Positions 1-9,698 of a DNA stretch of 64,000 nt are shown piece by piece. Numbering within the stretch: position 1 is the stretch's first letter; every line of letters starts with the position of its first letter. The translations under genes were made by a program, and so were the position numbers. Source of the DNA: Polyangiaceae bacterium (GTDB lineage: Bacteria; Myxococcota_A; Polyangia; Polyangiales; Polyangiaceae); assembly GCA_050287085.1 (NCBI GenBank), contig JBNKBE010000026.1, positions 1-64,000 of the forward strand. Direction: 5' to 3'. The notes beneath the pieces are model-generated. The model saw only the letters and a program-made list of their open reading frames with translations. It was not told where the DNA came from and searched no databases.

Positions 1-1
1 T

Positions 2-1360
2 ACTGGGAGCGGGGGAGCTACCTCGAGCGGGGGAGCTGCTTCGAGCGGGGGAGCTGCTTCGAGCGGGGGGAACGCCTCGACGGGACAGAATCCGGGACCC
101 ATGCCCGAGTTTCACAGCAAGCTACTTGCCCCACCCCCCGTCGACGTCACCGACACGGTAGAGTACGACGGCTTCGGCCAAGCCCTGGCGATGTCCGGCA
201 ATCTGCTCGTCATTGGCGTCGGCGACGACGAGTTGGGCAATGGCGCTGGCGCGGCCTACGCCTACGTGATGGCGGATGGCAGCTGGCAGTTGGAGGCGAA
301 GATCCTCCCACAGCTCGCCGATGGCATGCTGGACGGCCAGAGCAACGCGTTCTTCGGAACCCGTGTGGTGCTCGATGGCAATCGGCTGGTGGTCTCGGCT
401 CCTGCACGTGAGTCCTCCATGGGGGCCGCCTACGCCTACGAACGGATCGCTGGGGTTTGGGAGCCTCGCGGCAAGTTGGTGGCGAGCGCACCCAGCGGCG
501 AGGAAGCGCGCCAGGAGTCGGCACGCTTCGGAAGCACGATGGCGATCTCGGGGGACACGCTCGTCATCAGCTCACCTCAGTTCCGCCACGAAGACGGAAC
601 CGAGGGCATCGTTCACGTCTTCGTCAATCAAAGTGGCAACTGGGTGCCCCAGGCCAACCTGGTCGCCCAATTCCCCGACGGCACCCCCGCTGGCCTCACT
701 GACAGTGCCTTCGGATCGGCGCTGAGCGTCTCCGGCGACACGATTGCCGTCGGGGACTACTACGTCGATAGCGACTTCTTCAACACGGGTTGCGTCTACA
801 CCTACGTGCGGAGCGGCACCACCTGGAGCCCCGAGGCCCGACTCGTAGCCCGCACGCCCGTGGGCGCCCTCGTCGACGTCGAGAATCAACACTTCGGCAT
901 CGGTACGCACCTCTCGGGTGACTGGCTCTTCGTGAGCACCGAAGAAGACTACAACGACATCTACCGCGCCGGCTCCGTGCGCGTATTCAAGCGCAGTGGT
1001 GGCACCTGGTCGCCCAACGCCACCTTGTGGCCCCGCTTCGGTGACGGCTCCCTGGACGCCAACCGATTCGGCCAGTTTGGCGTAGTGGCTGCTTCTGGTG
1101 ATCAGCTTGCTATCGGAGCCATCGGCGACGACGAACGGGGCGACAACTATGGAGCTGTCTACCTCTACGAGCTCGATGCCGGTAACTGGTTAGCGCGCGG
1201 CAAGCTCGTCGCTCAGACCAGCGTCGGACCGGACGGCAGTCGTGGCGATACCTTCGGCGGAGAGGTGGCCCTCGGCGGTGGCTACCTCATTGTAGGCGCT
1301 CGCGGTGACGATGAGGTGCGCACCGATTCCGGCTCCGTCTACGTGTTCACCATGCCGTGA
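2..1360 (+). CDS. FG-GAP repeat (integrin-like beta-propeller) secreted protein, 5'-partial
   Basis: Repeated FGxxxAxSGdxLxxGA / GAAYxY motifs. The frame is open from base 2 (TGSGGATSSGGAASSGG linker), so the true start lies upstream of the window. Confidence 0.85.
   Translation, partial: TGSGGATSSGGAASSGGAASSGGNASTGQNPGPMPEFHSKLLAPPPVDVTDTVEYDGFGQALAMSGNLLVIGVGDDELGNGAGAAYAYVMADGSWQLEAKILPQLADGMLDGQSNAFFGTRVVLDGNRLVVSAPARESSMGAAYAYERIAGVWEPRGKLVASAPSGEEARQESARFGSTMAISGDTLVISSPQFRHEDGTEGIVHVFVNQSGNWVPQANLVAQFPDGTPAGLTDSAFGSALSVSGDTIAVGDYYVDSDFFNTGCVYTYVRSGTTWSPEARLVARTPVGALVDVENQHFGIGTHLSGDWLFVSTEEDYNDIYRAGSVRVFKRSGGTWSPNATLWPRFGDGSLDANRFGQFGVVAASGDQLAIGAIGDDERGDNYGAVYLYELDAGNWLARGKLVAQTSVGPDGSRGDTFGGEVALGGGYLIVGARGDDEVRTDSGSVYVFTMP
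7..69 (+). repeat. 18-bp tandem repeat (gagcgggggagctgcttc-like, about 3.5 copies) encoding an SGGAAS linker
   Basis: Directly visible and in frame with the FG-GAP CDS. Confidence 0.85.
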
Positions 1361-1802
1361 GTCACCCGGAGCCGCCTGACTGCCCGTCCGCGGGCCGTGG
1401 CTAGCCTGCGTCGGCCCCTCCGTCCACGCTGAGCGGCTGCGGCAGGTAGGCTGCTCAGCGACTCTGAGCGCAGTTGCCCGGCCCAACAGAAGCTCATGTC
1501 GTCGCCGTCCAAATGGGCCAGTCGGAGCTCGCCGCCCAGTCGCTCCATGTCGCCTGGTGTTTGACATTGCTGGCGGGTGTCGGTGATGCACTCGCCATCG
1601 CAGGCGTCGTCGATTTCATTGTCAACACGACCCGCACCTCGCTCGTCTAGCTCCAGTCCGCAGCGGCGCTCAGCACATTCACAGGTCGCGTTGGCGCGCC
1701 GCTTGGGCCGGTAGAGGGTGCCGGTCATGGCTGAAGAATATGCGAAGGCCCAGGCTGCCAAGGAACTCGCCAGGAATCAGCCCTGGACGGAGGCCATGCC
1801 CT

Positions 1803-3542
1803 TCAGTTCGTCGTCGGAGTCAACGGCGTCACGGGGACGGGCTCTCCGGCGGCGTCTATCCAGTGCATGTTGCTGAGGCAAAAGGCGTAGTTGTCACTTC
1901 GCTCGATGGCGTTGTTGGCCTGGAAGAGCAGGGAGATGATCTGGCTGGTGTCGAACGGGAGGTTCGTGGGGATGTCGAAGTTCCAACCCGGCTGCTTGAA
2001 CTCCGAGAACTCGACGACAACGCCGGTTTCCGGAGTGGTCAGCGGCCGCGGCGCGTTGCCGCCGCGCACAAAGGGATTGGCCGGGAGATCGTAGGTGCCG
2101 TCTCCCTCCGTCGACACCTGTATCCACACGGGGCGCGTGAACTTCCCCTGGTCGTTCAAGCAAGGGCTTTCCACGTCGAACATGATGCCGGTGATGCCGA
2201 GGGCGGAGGCGTTCCACGGAGTGTCCCCCGCGGACATCTGGAGGCCGAGGAGCGCGCCCCACTGGCTGTAGGTGGCGTCGGAAGCGTCCGCGGCCACTCC
2301 GTACATACACACCGTCCCAGGCTCCGGCGAGGTCACGCAGCGTGTGGTTTCGGGATCGGCGGCAGCGAAGATATGGGTCACCCCGACGCTGGTACCCAGC
2401 GCATTCGCAGCGACGGTGAGTTCCTCCGAGGAGTCACCCGCGCAGTTCGCGTAGTCGAAGGTGGGCCGGCACCCTGGACTGGGGTCCGCGCCGCCCTCGT
2501 TGGCTCCTCCCTCGTTGGCTCCTCCCGCGCTGCCGCCGCTGTTGTCCGCGCTACCCCCGTCGCGTGCGTCATCGCCCGCTGGCGTGGCGTCTAGCGAAGG
2601 AATGCCGTCGCTCGCGGGGGCGCCGAAGAGTACGTCGAGCGCTTCTTCGAGCCCCGCGTGATCACCGGCGTCCAGGGTTGCTTGTAGCGTTGTGGCCCGG
2701 CCGTGAACAGTGAGAGCGACTTGCAGCACGTCAGGGTTGAAGGCCAAGGCGCCCGCGTCGGCCAAGCGAAAGAGCAAGACGTCGTCGTAGTCGATGTGGC
2801 CGTCGCCGTTGACGTCATCGTTCAGCAGGGTCGCTGCCAGGTCGTCCAGGTAGGCCTGGACGCGCTTGGGGCTGGGCGCGTCGTTCTCGAGCAACGAGGA
2901 GCCCGGCACTGCGAGCTGGCGCGTCAGGTAGCTATAAATGATCTCGCCCAGGAAGGTCATAGAGAGGTCACCTGCGAGCAGGTGGCGACCCGCCGCCGCG
3001 AGGTGAAAGACACGCGAGCTTGTCATGTCCGCGAGGTCGGCGGCCACGAAGCGGCCGGCAGAAACGACTACGACGTACAGGGCGCTCGGCTCGAGCGCCG
3101 CCACCGAATCAGCGGCCGCGCGGATGTCACCCCGCGCGTCGGTCGCAGCTTCGAGCACCACGTCGTTCGCGCGCAGGTGGGTCACCGTGACGCGGGCCTC
3201 GCGTACGGGTTCGTCGGTAGCGCCTAGGGTGACGGCGTTCGCTTCTGGAGCATCGCTGGAGCTCCGCGCGTCCGCCTCTTGTCCACGTGCGGAAGGGTCT
3301 CGCTCCGCGCCGTCCCCCGCGGCGCACGCCGCGCATTCCGCATCCGCGCAGCCACCGTCCTCAAGGCAGCGATCTGCGCAGCGGCCATCGCTGGTACAGA
3401 CCTCGGCCGCGGCGCAGTCGCGGTCCCGTTTGCACCCGGTCTTGGCGCTGCTATCGCTGCCCGCGCCGTGCCGCGCCGGCGTGCAGGCCGCCGCTAGCAG
3501 CGCCCCCAAGAACCAAACCCTCCACCGCTTCGAGCGTACCAT
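1803..3542 (-). CDS. Lipoprotein with Cys-rich repeat, EF-hand/dockerin-like motif and C-terminal carbohydrate-binding-like beta-sandwich
   Basis: Start moved to MVRSKRW, giving lipobox LAAAC. Contains DVNGDGHIDYDD, a G/A-rich linker and an aromatic-rich C-terminal domain (WGALLG...WNASALG...FKQPGW). Confidence 0.65.
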   Translation of the reverse strand: MVRSKRWRVWFLGALLAAACTPARHGAGSDSSAKTGCKRDRDCAAAEVCTSDGRCADRCLEDGGCADAECAACAAGDGAERDPSARGQEADARSSSDAPEANAVTLGATDEPVREARVTVTHLRANDVVLEAATDARGDIRAAADSVAALEPSALYVVVVSAGRFVAADLADMTSSRVFHLAAAGRHLLAGDLSMTFLGEIIYSYLTRQLAVPGSSLLENDAPSPKRVQAYLDDLAATLLNDDVNGDGHIDYDDVLLFRLADAGALAFNPDVLQVALTVHGRATTLQATLDAGDHAGLEEALDVLFGAPASDGIPSLDATPAGDDARDGGSADNSGGSAGGANEGGANEGGADPSPGCRPTFDYANCAGDSSEELTVAANALGTSVGVTHIFAAADPETTRCVTSPEPGTVCMYGVAADASDATYSQWGALLGLQMSAGDTPWNASALGITGIMFDVESPCLNDQGKFTRPVWIQVSTEGDGTYDLPANPFVRGGNAPRPLTTPETGVVVEFSEFKQPGWNFDIPTNLPFDTSQIISLLFQANNAIERSDNYAFCLSNMHWIDAAGEPVPVTPLTPTTN

Positions 3543-3901
3543 GGCAGGCAGGTAGCCACCTTGCGCTGATGTCGTCAAGCTGTCGTGGCGAAAGCGCAGG
3601 CTTGATCGGAGAAGCAGGGAGCGCTTGTTCCCTGCGGTTTCGGCCTCGGGGTGCCGACGGCAGGGTTGCCTTGCTGAAACCTGCGCGGACAGCGGGGGCA
3701 ACGGTTTCGGGACCGGGGAATTCAATAGCGGGCAGGATGGCCCGTGTAGAACAGCGCAAGCTCTAGCGCGCCGACACCAGGTACCCATGGCCTCATTGAA
3801 GCTGAGGCCATGAGAGCCGCGACGCCAAGCAGGAGCGCGCCAGCCAAGGCAAACGAGAACGCGGCGACGCCAACGGCAGCACGGTCAAGTCCAACGGCGC
3901 T

Positions 3902-5203
3902 CTATCGAATCCAGGCAATGTATTCCTGTTGTAGAGCTGCGTAGTTGAAGAAGAGGGCGACGTCATCGAGCACTGCGACCTCGGCGGGTTGGTCTCCCGT
4001 GATGTCCGTCTTGGCGCCGCACACACCAAGCGGCTGGTGTGTCGTGAGCGCACCAGTGGCGGGGTTCACCTCGTTGAGGCTCGCGTTGACGCCTCCGTAG
4101 GTCATGTAGAGCTTTCCGTCTGCGGAAAACAGCGAATAGATACGACCTGGTGGCCGCTTCGGCAGCAGGGTGAAGGTGCTGTCCTGGGGATCAAATACGG
4201 CGACGTGTCGACTGTGCAGGCCGTAGAAGAGCTTGCCGTCATGCACGGTGGCAGCCCATGCGACGGGCATATTGTCGTTGAAATTCGGCAGAGGGTTTGC
4301 GAATCCTTCTATCTGCGTCCATTCCTGTTTCTTGATGTCATATTCATACAAGAAGGTGCTCGGCTGTCCGAGGGAGAAGGGCCCAAAGTAGAGCTTGCCG
4401 TTGAGATGCAGCAGCTTTGGCGATTCTTGTTTCGGTCCTTGGTCAAAGGGGATCGCTGGCATCGTTTCCCCTTTGTCGCAGGTTAGCGAGTCCATGTCGC
4501 AAGCCCACATCTTGGTCCAGTTGGACAGATACAAGGTGTCACCCGCGAGTGCGCCAATCAGCAAGCGCTCGTTCTGGAGCTCCGCGGGAAGCTCGCCCGC
4601 CACCGTGTATTCAAGGGTCTTCGCGTCCACACGAAGGATCTGCGTGGCCGCTGAGGGGCGATCGTGCTCAAGGCTTCTTCCGCCAAAGACCCATGCGGCC
4701 TCCTTCCATGCGATTGCAACGCCCGTGGCCAGGGGGCCGCTGATTTCGCCGGTGACGTCGTGCCAGCTCGCGTAACGCCCTTCTGGAAGACTATCAACGA
4801 CGCCCGTGACATCATTGCGCACGACTTCAAAGGTGCGACACTTGTGCGGTGACTGGCTGCATTCGTTCTGTGTGTAGCCACATACCTCGAATCGATCTGC
4901 CACTGCAGGTGTGAGGCGAAAAGAAGCCAAAGCTTGGCGCTGTTCGGTTTGACCGATCTGGACGACGCCTTTGGGCAATTCCCAAACGACCTCGTCATAC
5001 CTCTCACCTGCGGTGGGATAGTATGAATACTCGAGTCTGAAAGCCTGCAAAGCGGTCAGCACGTCGCAATGGTCTACCGCTTTCGTTGTGAACAAATCTG
5101 CGGTTCCCGTAAGCTCCGTGCAGTCGTCATCAGTTCCGAAGAAGAAGCAGCCTGATCCGAACAACGGCGTCAGGCAAAGGATAGAAAGCAGGCGTGACTT
5201 CAT
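3902..5203 (-). CDS. Kelch-like beta-propeller lipoprotein
   Basis: Lipobox FGSGC; WVFGG, YEYDIKKQEW and VFDPQDSTF Kelch-type segments. Confidence 0.65.
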   Translation of the reverse strand: MKSRLLSILCLTPLFGSGCFFFGTDDDCTELTGTADLFTTKAVDHCDVLTALQAFRLEYSYYPTAGERYDEVVWELPKGVVQIGQTEQRQALASFRLTPAVADRFEVCGYTQNECSQSPHKCRTFEVVRNDVTGVVDSLPEGRYASWHDVTGEISGPLATGVAIAWKEAAWVFGGRSLEHDRPSAATQILRVDAKTLEYTVAGELPAELQNERLLIGALAGDTLYLSNWTKMWACDMDSLTCDKGETMPAIPFDQGPKQESPKLLHLNGKLYFGPFSLGQPSTFLYEYDIKKQEWTQIEGFANPLPNFNDNMPVAWAATVHDGKLFYGLHSRHVAVFDPQDSTFTLLPKRPPGRIYSLFSADGKLYMTYGGVNASLNEVNPATGALTTHQPLGVCGAKTDITGDQPAEVAVLDDVALFFNYAALQQEYIAWIR

Positions 5204-5591
5204 CGAAACTCATCATAGATAGAAGTGCAACCCAAACGAAATACGAATGTTGCTGATGTCAATCGCCGCCATGAGTCGAGTGGAGTTCGCGTACAAATGG
5301 CTCACATCGAGCATCGATGTGCCTCTTCGTGGGCTACGGGCCGCATTCGTGGGCTAGATGTCCCGAGACAGCCAACGCTGTGTTGCTCGAGACGGAACCG
5401 AGCGTTCCGCCAAGGATGCCGCCAGTCACGCGCATGGCTTTGGATCGATTGATGTCGGGAAGGATAGGACCGACGCTATGCCTACCAGCTCAGGACGGCG
5501 CACGGCTCACTCCAGTCGGGCTTCCTCATGCATTCAGGCGTGACGCTGGGTCCAGGAAATGGGGCGCTTGCCGCCAGCGGGGCTTGCGGCC

Positions 5592-5891
5592 TCAGCGATT
5601 GGAGGACGCCGGAGCCGTTGCCCCAAAGAGCAAGTGCAACATGGCTACGACCAAGCCCGAGCCTGCAACAGACCACGCCAGAGGAAAGCGATGACCATCG
5701 ATGGAGACGGTCAGCAAGTCCGGCAGGTTCAAACGTTCCGCTATGAAGGCTCCGAGCAACCCGCCTACGAAGCCCAACGCCACCGAGGCGAGAAAGCCCC
5801 GTCCCGTACCGCCGAAGAGCGCCCTGCCTATCCCGCCGCAGACCCCTGCGACGGCGACGAGAACGACAACGCTGATGAGTGAGATAGTCAT
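5592..5891 (-). CDS. GlsB/YeaQ/YmgE (transglycosylase-associated) small membrane protein
   Basis: About 99 aa with three Gly-rich hydrophobic helices (GFVGGLLG ... WSVAGS). Confidence 0.8.
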   Translation of the reverse strand: MTISLISVVVLVAVAGVCGGIGRALFGGTGRGFLASVALGFVGGLLGAFIAERLNLPDLLTVSIDGHRFPLAWSVAGSGLVVAMLHLLFGATAPASSNR

Positions 5892-6081
5892 GGCTCCGCT
5901 GGCTGCAAGAAGCGCGCCCCGAATCACGACCGCCCGCGGCGCTCTCCTACGGGGACGCTAGCTCGCTCGAAGTGAGCGATCAATCGCTCACATTGATGGA
6001 TACGTGGAAGCGATGCGGAGGCCCAGGTTTCGTGCGCAGCACGAAAGATCCGGAACGCGCCCCAGGAAGTGCCTCGCGCTC

Positions 6082-6366
6082 CTACCGACTCCGCATGATG
6101 TCGCGCACGTAGTCGGCAAGCAACACGAGCGCTTCCGCACGGTCGACACCTCGACGCGCCGACAGATATTTCAAGAAGTCGGTCGTGTCGGCAAACGTGG
6201 TGCCTCCGGGCCCCGGTTGCCCGCCGGTCAAACGACGCCGTCCCGCGAGGCTCGGCGAGGGGTTTGGCAATGGCGTGCGGGGACCACGCGACTCCTCCTG
6301 CCCGGAGTTGCTCGTAAGGGCGACACTCGGTGCCGCGCCCGGCATGACATGGTTCTGCTTGTGCAC
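6082..6366 (-). CDS. Small hypothetical protein
   Basis: 94-aa ORF with a purine-rich RBS-like sequence upstream and a helical C-terminus; no family recognised. Confidence 0.4.
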   Translation of the reverse strand: MHKQNHVMPGAAPSVALTSNSGQEESRGPRTPLPNPSPSLAGRRRLTGGQPGPGGTTFADTTDFLKYLSARRGVDRAEALVLLADYVRDIMRSR

Positions 6367-6830
6367 GTTCTTATTCCTTCCCTTCCGCTCGTTGGCCCTC
6401 GCTGAAGCAACTAGCGCGCCACCACCTGAGCAACGCGCACGGGGCCAACGCCGAGTTTCTCACTACGCTCGCATCGCGAGCTGTTGGAGCGAATGCCGGA
6501 AGCGCAGGCGCTGATCGACTGGACCTCGCCCGCAATCTTGGGCGCAGAGCACTTATGCACATGGCTCAGCCAAGCTACCCTGCCGCGCTGATTAGCCATC
6601 CGGTAAAATGCCCCTGGGCGCGCGAATGGCACTCAACCTTGCGGAAGTGCAGAGGATGCAGATCAGCGCCTATCCCTCCGCTTCACCCACACGCACCCAT
6701 GAGAAAGGCGTGATCTGGTGAGGGTCGCTCGACGCGTCGCGACCCCGCCCCTACCTTGCCGAACCCCTGGGGGCTGAGGGCGACGGTAAATACGTTGCTC
6801 ATGTTTCCCTGGGTTTAACCAGAAGGGGAA

Positions 6831-8549
6831 ATGATGAAGTACTCAAGTAGAACCTCGCTCTTGTCCATGACGGCCGTCCTCGCATGCTTTGCCACCACGA
6901 GCAGGGCGAATGCGGGCCACGGCTACGAGGTCTGGGCGGCAGATCAGTCGAACACGGTCAGTGGCGTCGCTCTCGGCAGCAAAGGTAGCCAGATCTGGAT
7001 CTGGGACTCCGTCGACATCGAAGCACAGATCGCGGGGGGGCCGCTTGCCGTCCCGGTCGGCTGCGACGGGGGGATCAGCGTTGGCCCCTGTGACATGCTC
7101 GACGTCTTCCCCCAGACGTTGGCCGAATACGATGCCTCAGGAAACGCTACGGGCAACACGCTCGGCATGCTGCCGGCGTTCGGGCGCCTGCACGGTTTGA
7201 TCCCCGACCCCCAGAACGAGTACTTCACGGTCAACATCTTCGCTCCGAGCGGCGGGTACGTTGGGATCATCGACGCTAAGAAGAAAGAGGCGACGGCGCT
7301 GTTTCGCGTCACCGATACGAATGTCGGGCGCTCCGTTCACATGTCGTTCTGGCGGGCGGACGGCTCGGGGATCATCGTCGCGAACCTGAACGGCAAGACG
7401 CTCGAACGCATCGACATCGACCGCAACTCGTCCGGCAAGATCACGGGAGCGCACTTCAACCGCAGTGCCTCTCTCGGCTTGGGCAAAGGTATGGTACCCA
7501 CCGCCAGCGCCACGGTGTTTTTGGGCAAGAACGCGCACCACCGTGACCTTATAGGCGACGTGGTCGGGGACTACGCCAACGCCGACTTCGGAGATCTGAC
7601 GGCCAATGGGGAATGCAAGGAAAACGGCTGCGGGTCGGGACCGGACGCAGCCAACGGCGGGCGCCCCAACAACTTGGTGATCTGCCCCATTCCTTCTTCG
7701 GGCGACAAGGGCTACGTCACGTTAGGCGGCGGCGGTCTCGTCATCGCCGACCTCGCTGCCACGCCGATGACGATCGTGGGCGAGTACGGTAATCAGATCT
7801 TCAACGGCGCGGGCTGCGCGGGGGCCCAGTCTGGCAACCAAGTATGGCTGAACGCGGGCGTCTCCGCCTCTGGTGCCGGCTTCAATCAGTCCTCGTTCAC
7901 CCTGTACGTCCTGGAGGACAACCAGTACGACTCCGTGCCAAACCTGCCGGACTTTCCTCTGCCGAGCATCCCCTTCAAGGACGCGACGAATACGACCCAC
8001 TTGGGCAACCTGCAGGGAGCCGCTGCCACCAACGACACTGGGCAGATCCCCGGTGTTACGACGCGGCGTGATGCCCACGGAGCAGCAACCACGGTGGATG
8101 GTGTCTACGTGCACAACGTCGACCGCATCCAGAACATCGTCGAGGTGTTTGATACCCGTACACTCGGCACGCGCTACACCTACGACCTAACCAGCGCAGA
8201 TGGTCAAGGCAACGGTGATGGTCCTTGTCTCGGCGCCTCTGTGGGCGACGACATCGGCTTGCCTCTGAACGATCCGGCACCTGACCTGCTGCAAGCGACG
8301 CCCGACGGCAAGTTCCTCGCCGTGGCTCTCCGCGGTCCTGCCCCAGTGACGGTACAGCACGGCGCGCAGGGCAGCTGCCCGGGCGTAGGCATCATCGAGC
8401 TGAGCCCCGACGGCAGTAGCGGTAAGCTCAAGACGGTGCTTCGCACGACGAATACGCTCGACAACGCTCCCATGTCGGCCCCGGGGGGCCACGCGTACAC
8501 GGGCGCTGAGCGAAGCGACATACACGGCGCTTCAGTCATCGCCAAGTGA
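6831..8549 (+). CDS. Secreted beta-propeller-like protein with His and Cys motifs
   Basis: RBS agaagggg, signal peptide ending ANA, YVTN-like strands (YEVWAADQ, TPDGKFLAV) and His motifs RLHG, SVHM, DAHG, DIHG. Confidence 0.75.
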   Translation: MMKYSSRTSLLSMTAVLACFATTSRANAGHGYEVWAADQSNTVSGVALGSKGSQIWIWDSVDIEAQIAGGPLAVPVGCDGGISVGPCDMLDVFPQTLAEYDASGNATGNTLGMLPAFGRLHGLIPDPQNEYFTVNIFAPSGGYVGIIDAKKKEATALFRVTDTNVGRSVHMSFWRADGSGIIVANLNGKTLERIDIDRNSSGKITGAHFNRSASLGLGKGMVPTASATVFLGKNAHHRDLIGDVVGDYANADFGDLTANGECKENGCGSGPDAANGGRPNNLVICPIPSSGDKGYVTLGGGGLVIADLAATPMTIVGEYGNQIFNGAGCAGAQSGNQVWLNAGVSASGAGFNQSSFTLYVLEDNQYDSVPNLPDFPLPSIPFKDATNTTHLGNLQGAAATNDTGQIPGVTTRRDAHGAATTVDGVYVHNVDRIQNIVEVFDTRTLGTRYTYDLTSADGQGNGDGPCLGASVGDDIGLPLNDPAPDLLQATPDGKFLAVALRGPAPVTVQHGAQGSCPGVGIIELSPDGSSGKLKTVLRTTNTLDNAPMSAPGGHAYTGAERSDIHGASVIAK

Positions 8550-9035
8550 GACGTCTCGCGGGGGGCCTTCTGGGCGCCCCCGTGATGACTCAGCGGGTCG
8601 GCGAAGCCGGCCCGCGCTCCGTCGGTGGATGCTGGGCAGTAGTCTCTGCGGCCCCTCGCTGCCGATGAAGACCCGCACCCTGACCAACGCGCTCTGCGAT
8701 CTCCTTGAGCGCATCCAGCTCTCGCAACCGATGCGGACCGGTTGCTCCTGCTTCGTCCCTGCGGTGTTCGCGAGCGGCCGAGGCCGCGCTGCGGGTGCGC
8801 CGGTGAGTCGATGAGTGCGAATTGTGCCTGCATGTCCCCAGCGCAGTCCCGAGCCACGGGCGGGTGCGTTCCCGCCGCCTCGGTCAGAGAAGATTCCGCT
8901 CCTGGTTAAAGGTGAGTGCCGCCAAGGGTCAGCGGAGCGGTTGCCCTTGGAGCAAGCCACTCGAAGCTCGCGTCCAACCTGATAGGGTGCCCGCCGCTTA
9001 CTGGCGCCCAGCGTCGGGGCTGGAGACAACACGTG

Positions 9036-9674
9036 ATGGCATTGAATCAGCTTGTGACCCGGCTAGACCCCCGGCGGATACTCTCCGCGCCCTGGGTCTA
9101 CAGCACCTACCGCGCGCTCATGACCGGCACGCGCGAACACGAAGTGTTCGCGTCCGAGTATGTGCGCGCCGAGCCCGGGCATAAGATCCTCGATGTGGGC
9201 TGCGGCCCCGCCGACCTCCTCGCCGACTTGCCCGAAGGCGTGGACTACACGGGCTTTGACATGAGCGCGGCGTACATCGCGCAGGCGACCCGCCGCTTTG
9301 GCAAGCGCGGCAAGTTCCTGTGTCACAAGGTCGATCGCGAGGTCATCGCAGAGCTCGGCGCTAACAGTTTCGACCGTGTGTTGGCGCACGGGCTGCTCCA
9401 CCACCTGCCTGATGAAGACGTGGTCGAGTTCTTCGAGCTGGCTCGCCTGGCCCTGAAGCCCGGCGGGCAGTTGGTGACCCTGGACGGCTGCTTCGTGGCT
9501 GGCCAATCGAAGGTAGCAAAGTACCTACTCGAGAAAGACCGTGGTCGGTTCGTGCGGGACGAGCCCGGCTACCGAAGGCTAGCCGAGCAGGTGTTCCCGA
9601 AGGTAGATACGTCCATCCGCGACGACATGTACCGCATCCCTTACACGTTGGTCTTGCTGCAATGCATGGCCTAG
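9036..9674 (+). CDS. Class I SAM-dependent methyltransferase
   Basis: ILDVGCGP motif I, GFDMS, LLHHL and LKPGG; ggag RBS before the ATG at 9036. Confidence 0.9.
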   Translation: MALNQLVTRLDPRRILSAPWVYSTYRALMTGTREHEVFASEYVRAEPGHKILDVGCGPADLLADLPEGVDYTGFDMSAAYIAQATRRFGKRGKFLCHKVDREVIAELGANSFDRVLAHGLLHHLPDEDVVEFFELARLALKPGGQLVTLDGCFVAGQSKVAKYLLEKDRGRFVRDEPGYRRLAEQVFPKVDTSIRDDMYRIPYTLVLLQCMA

Positions 9675-9698
9675 ACGTCGGGTCCTGCCGCCAGAGCC

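Noticed and set aside
1339..1761. 140-aa minus-strand ORF with several Cys
   Set aside because: Overlaps the FG-GAP stop, has a weak start and no recognisable family; it may be a fragment.
6627..6643. Sigma54 promoter (tggcac...ttgc)
   Set aside because: The GG to GC spacing is one base too long for a -24/-12 element.
6740..6830. Riboswitch in the leader of the 6831 gene
   Set aside because: Some hairpin potential, but no match to a riboswitch consensus I can recognise; an Infernal/Rfam search would be needed.
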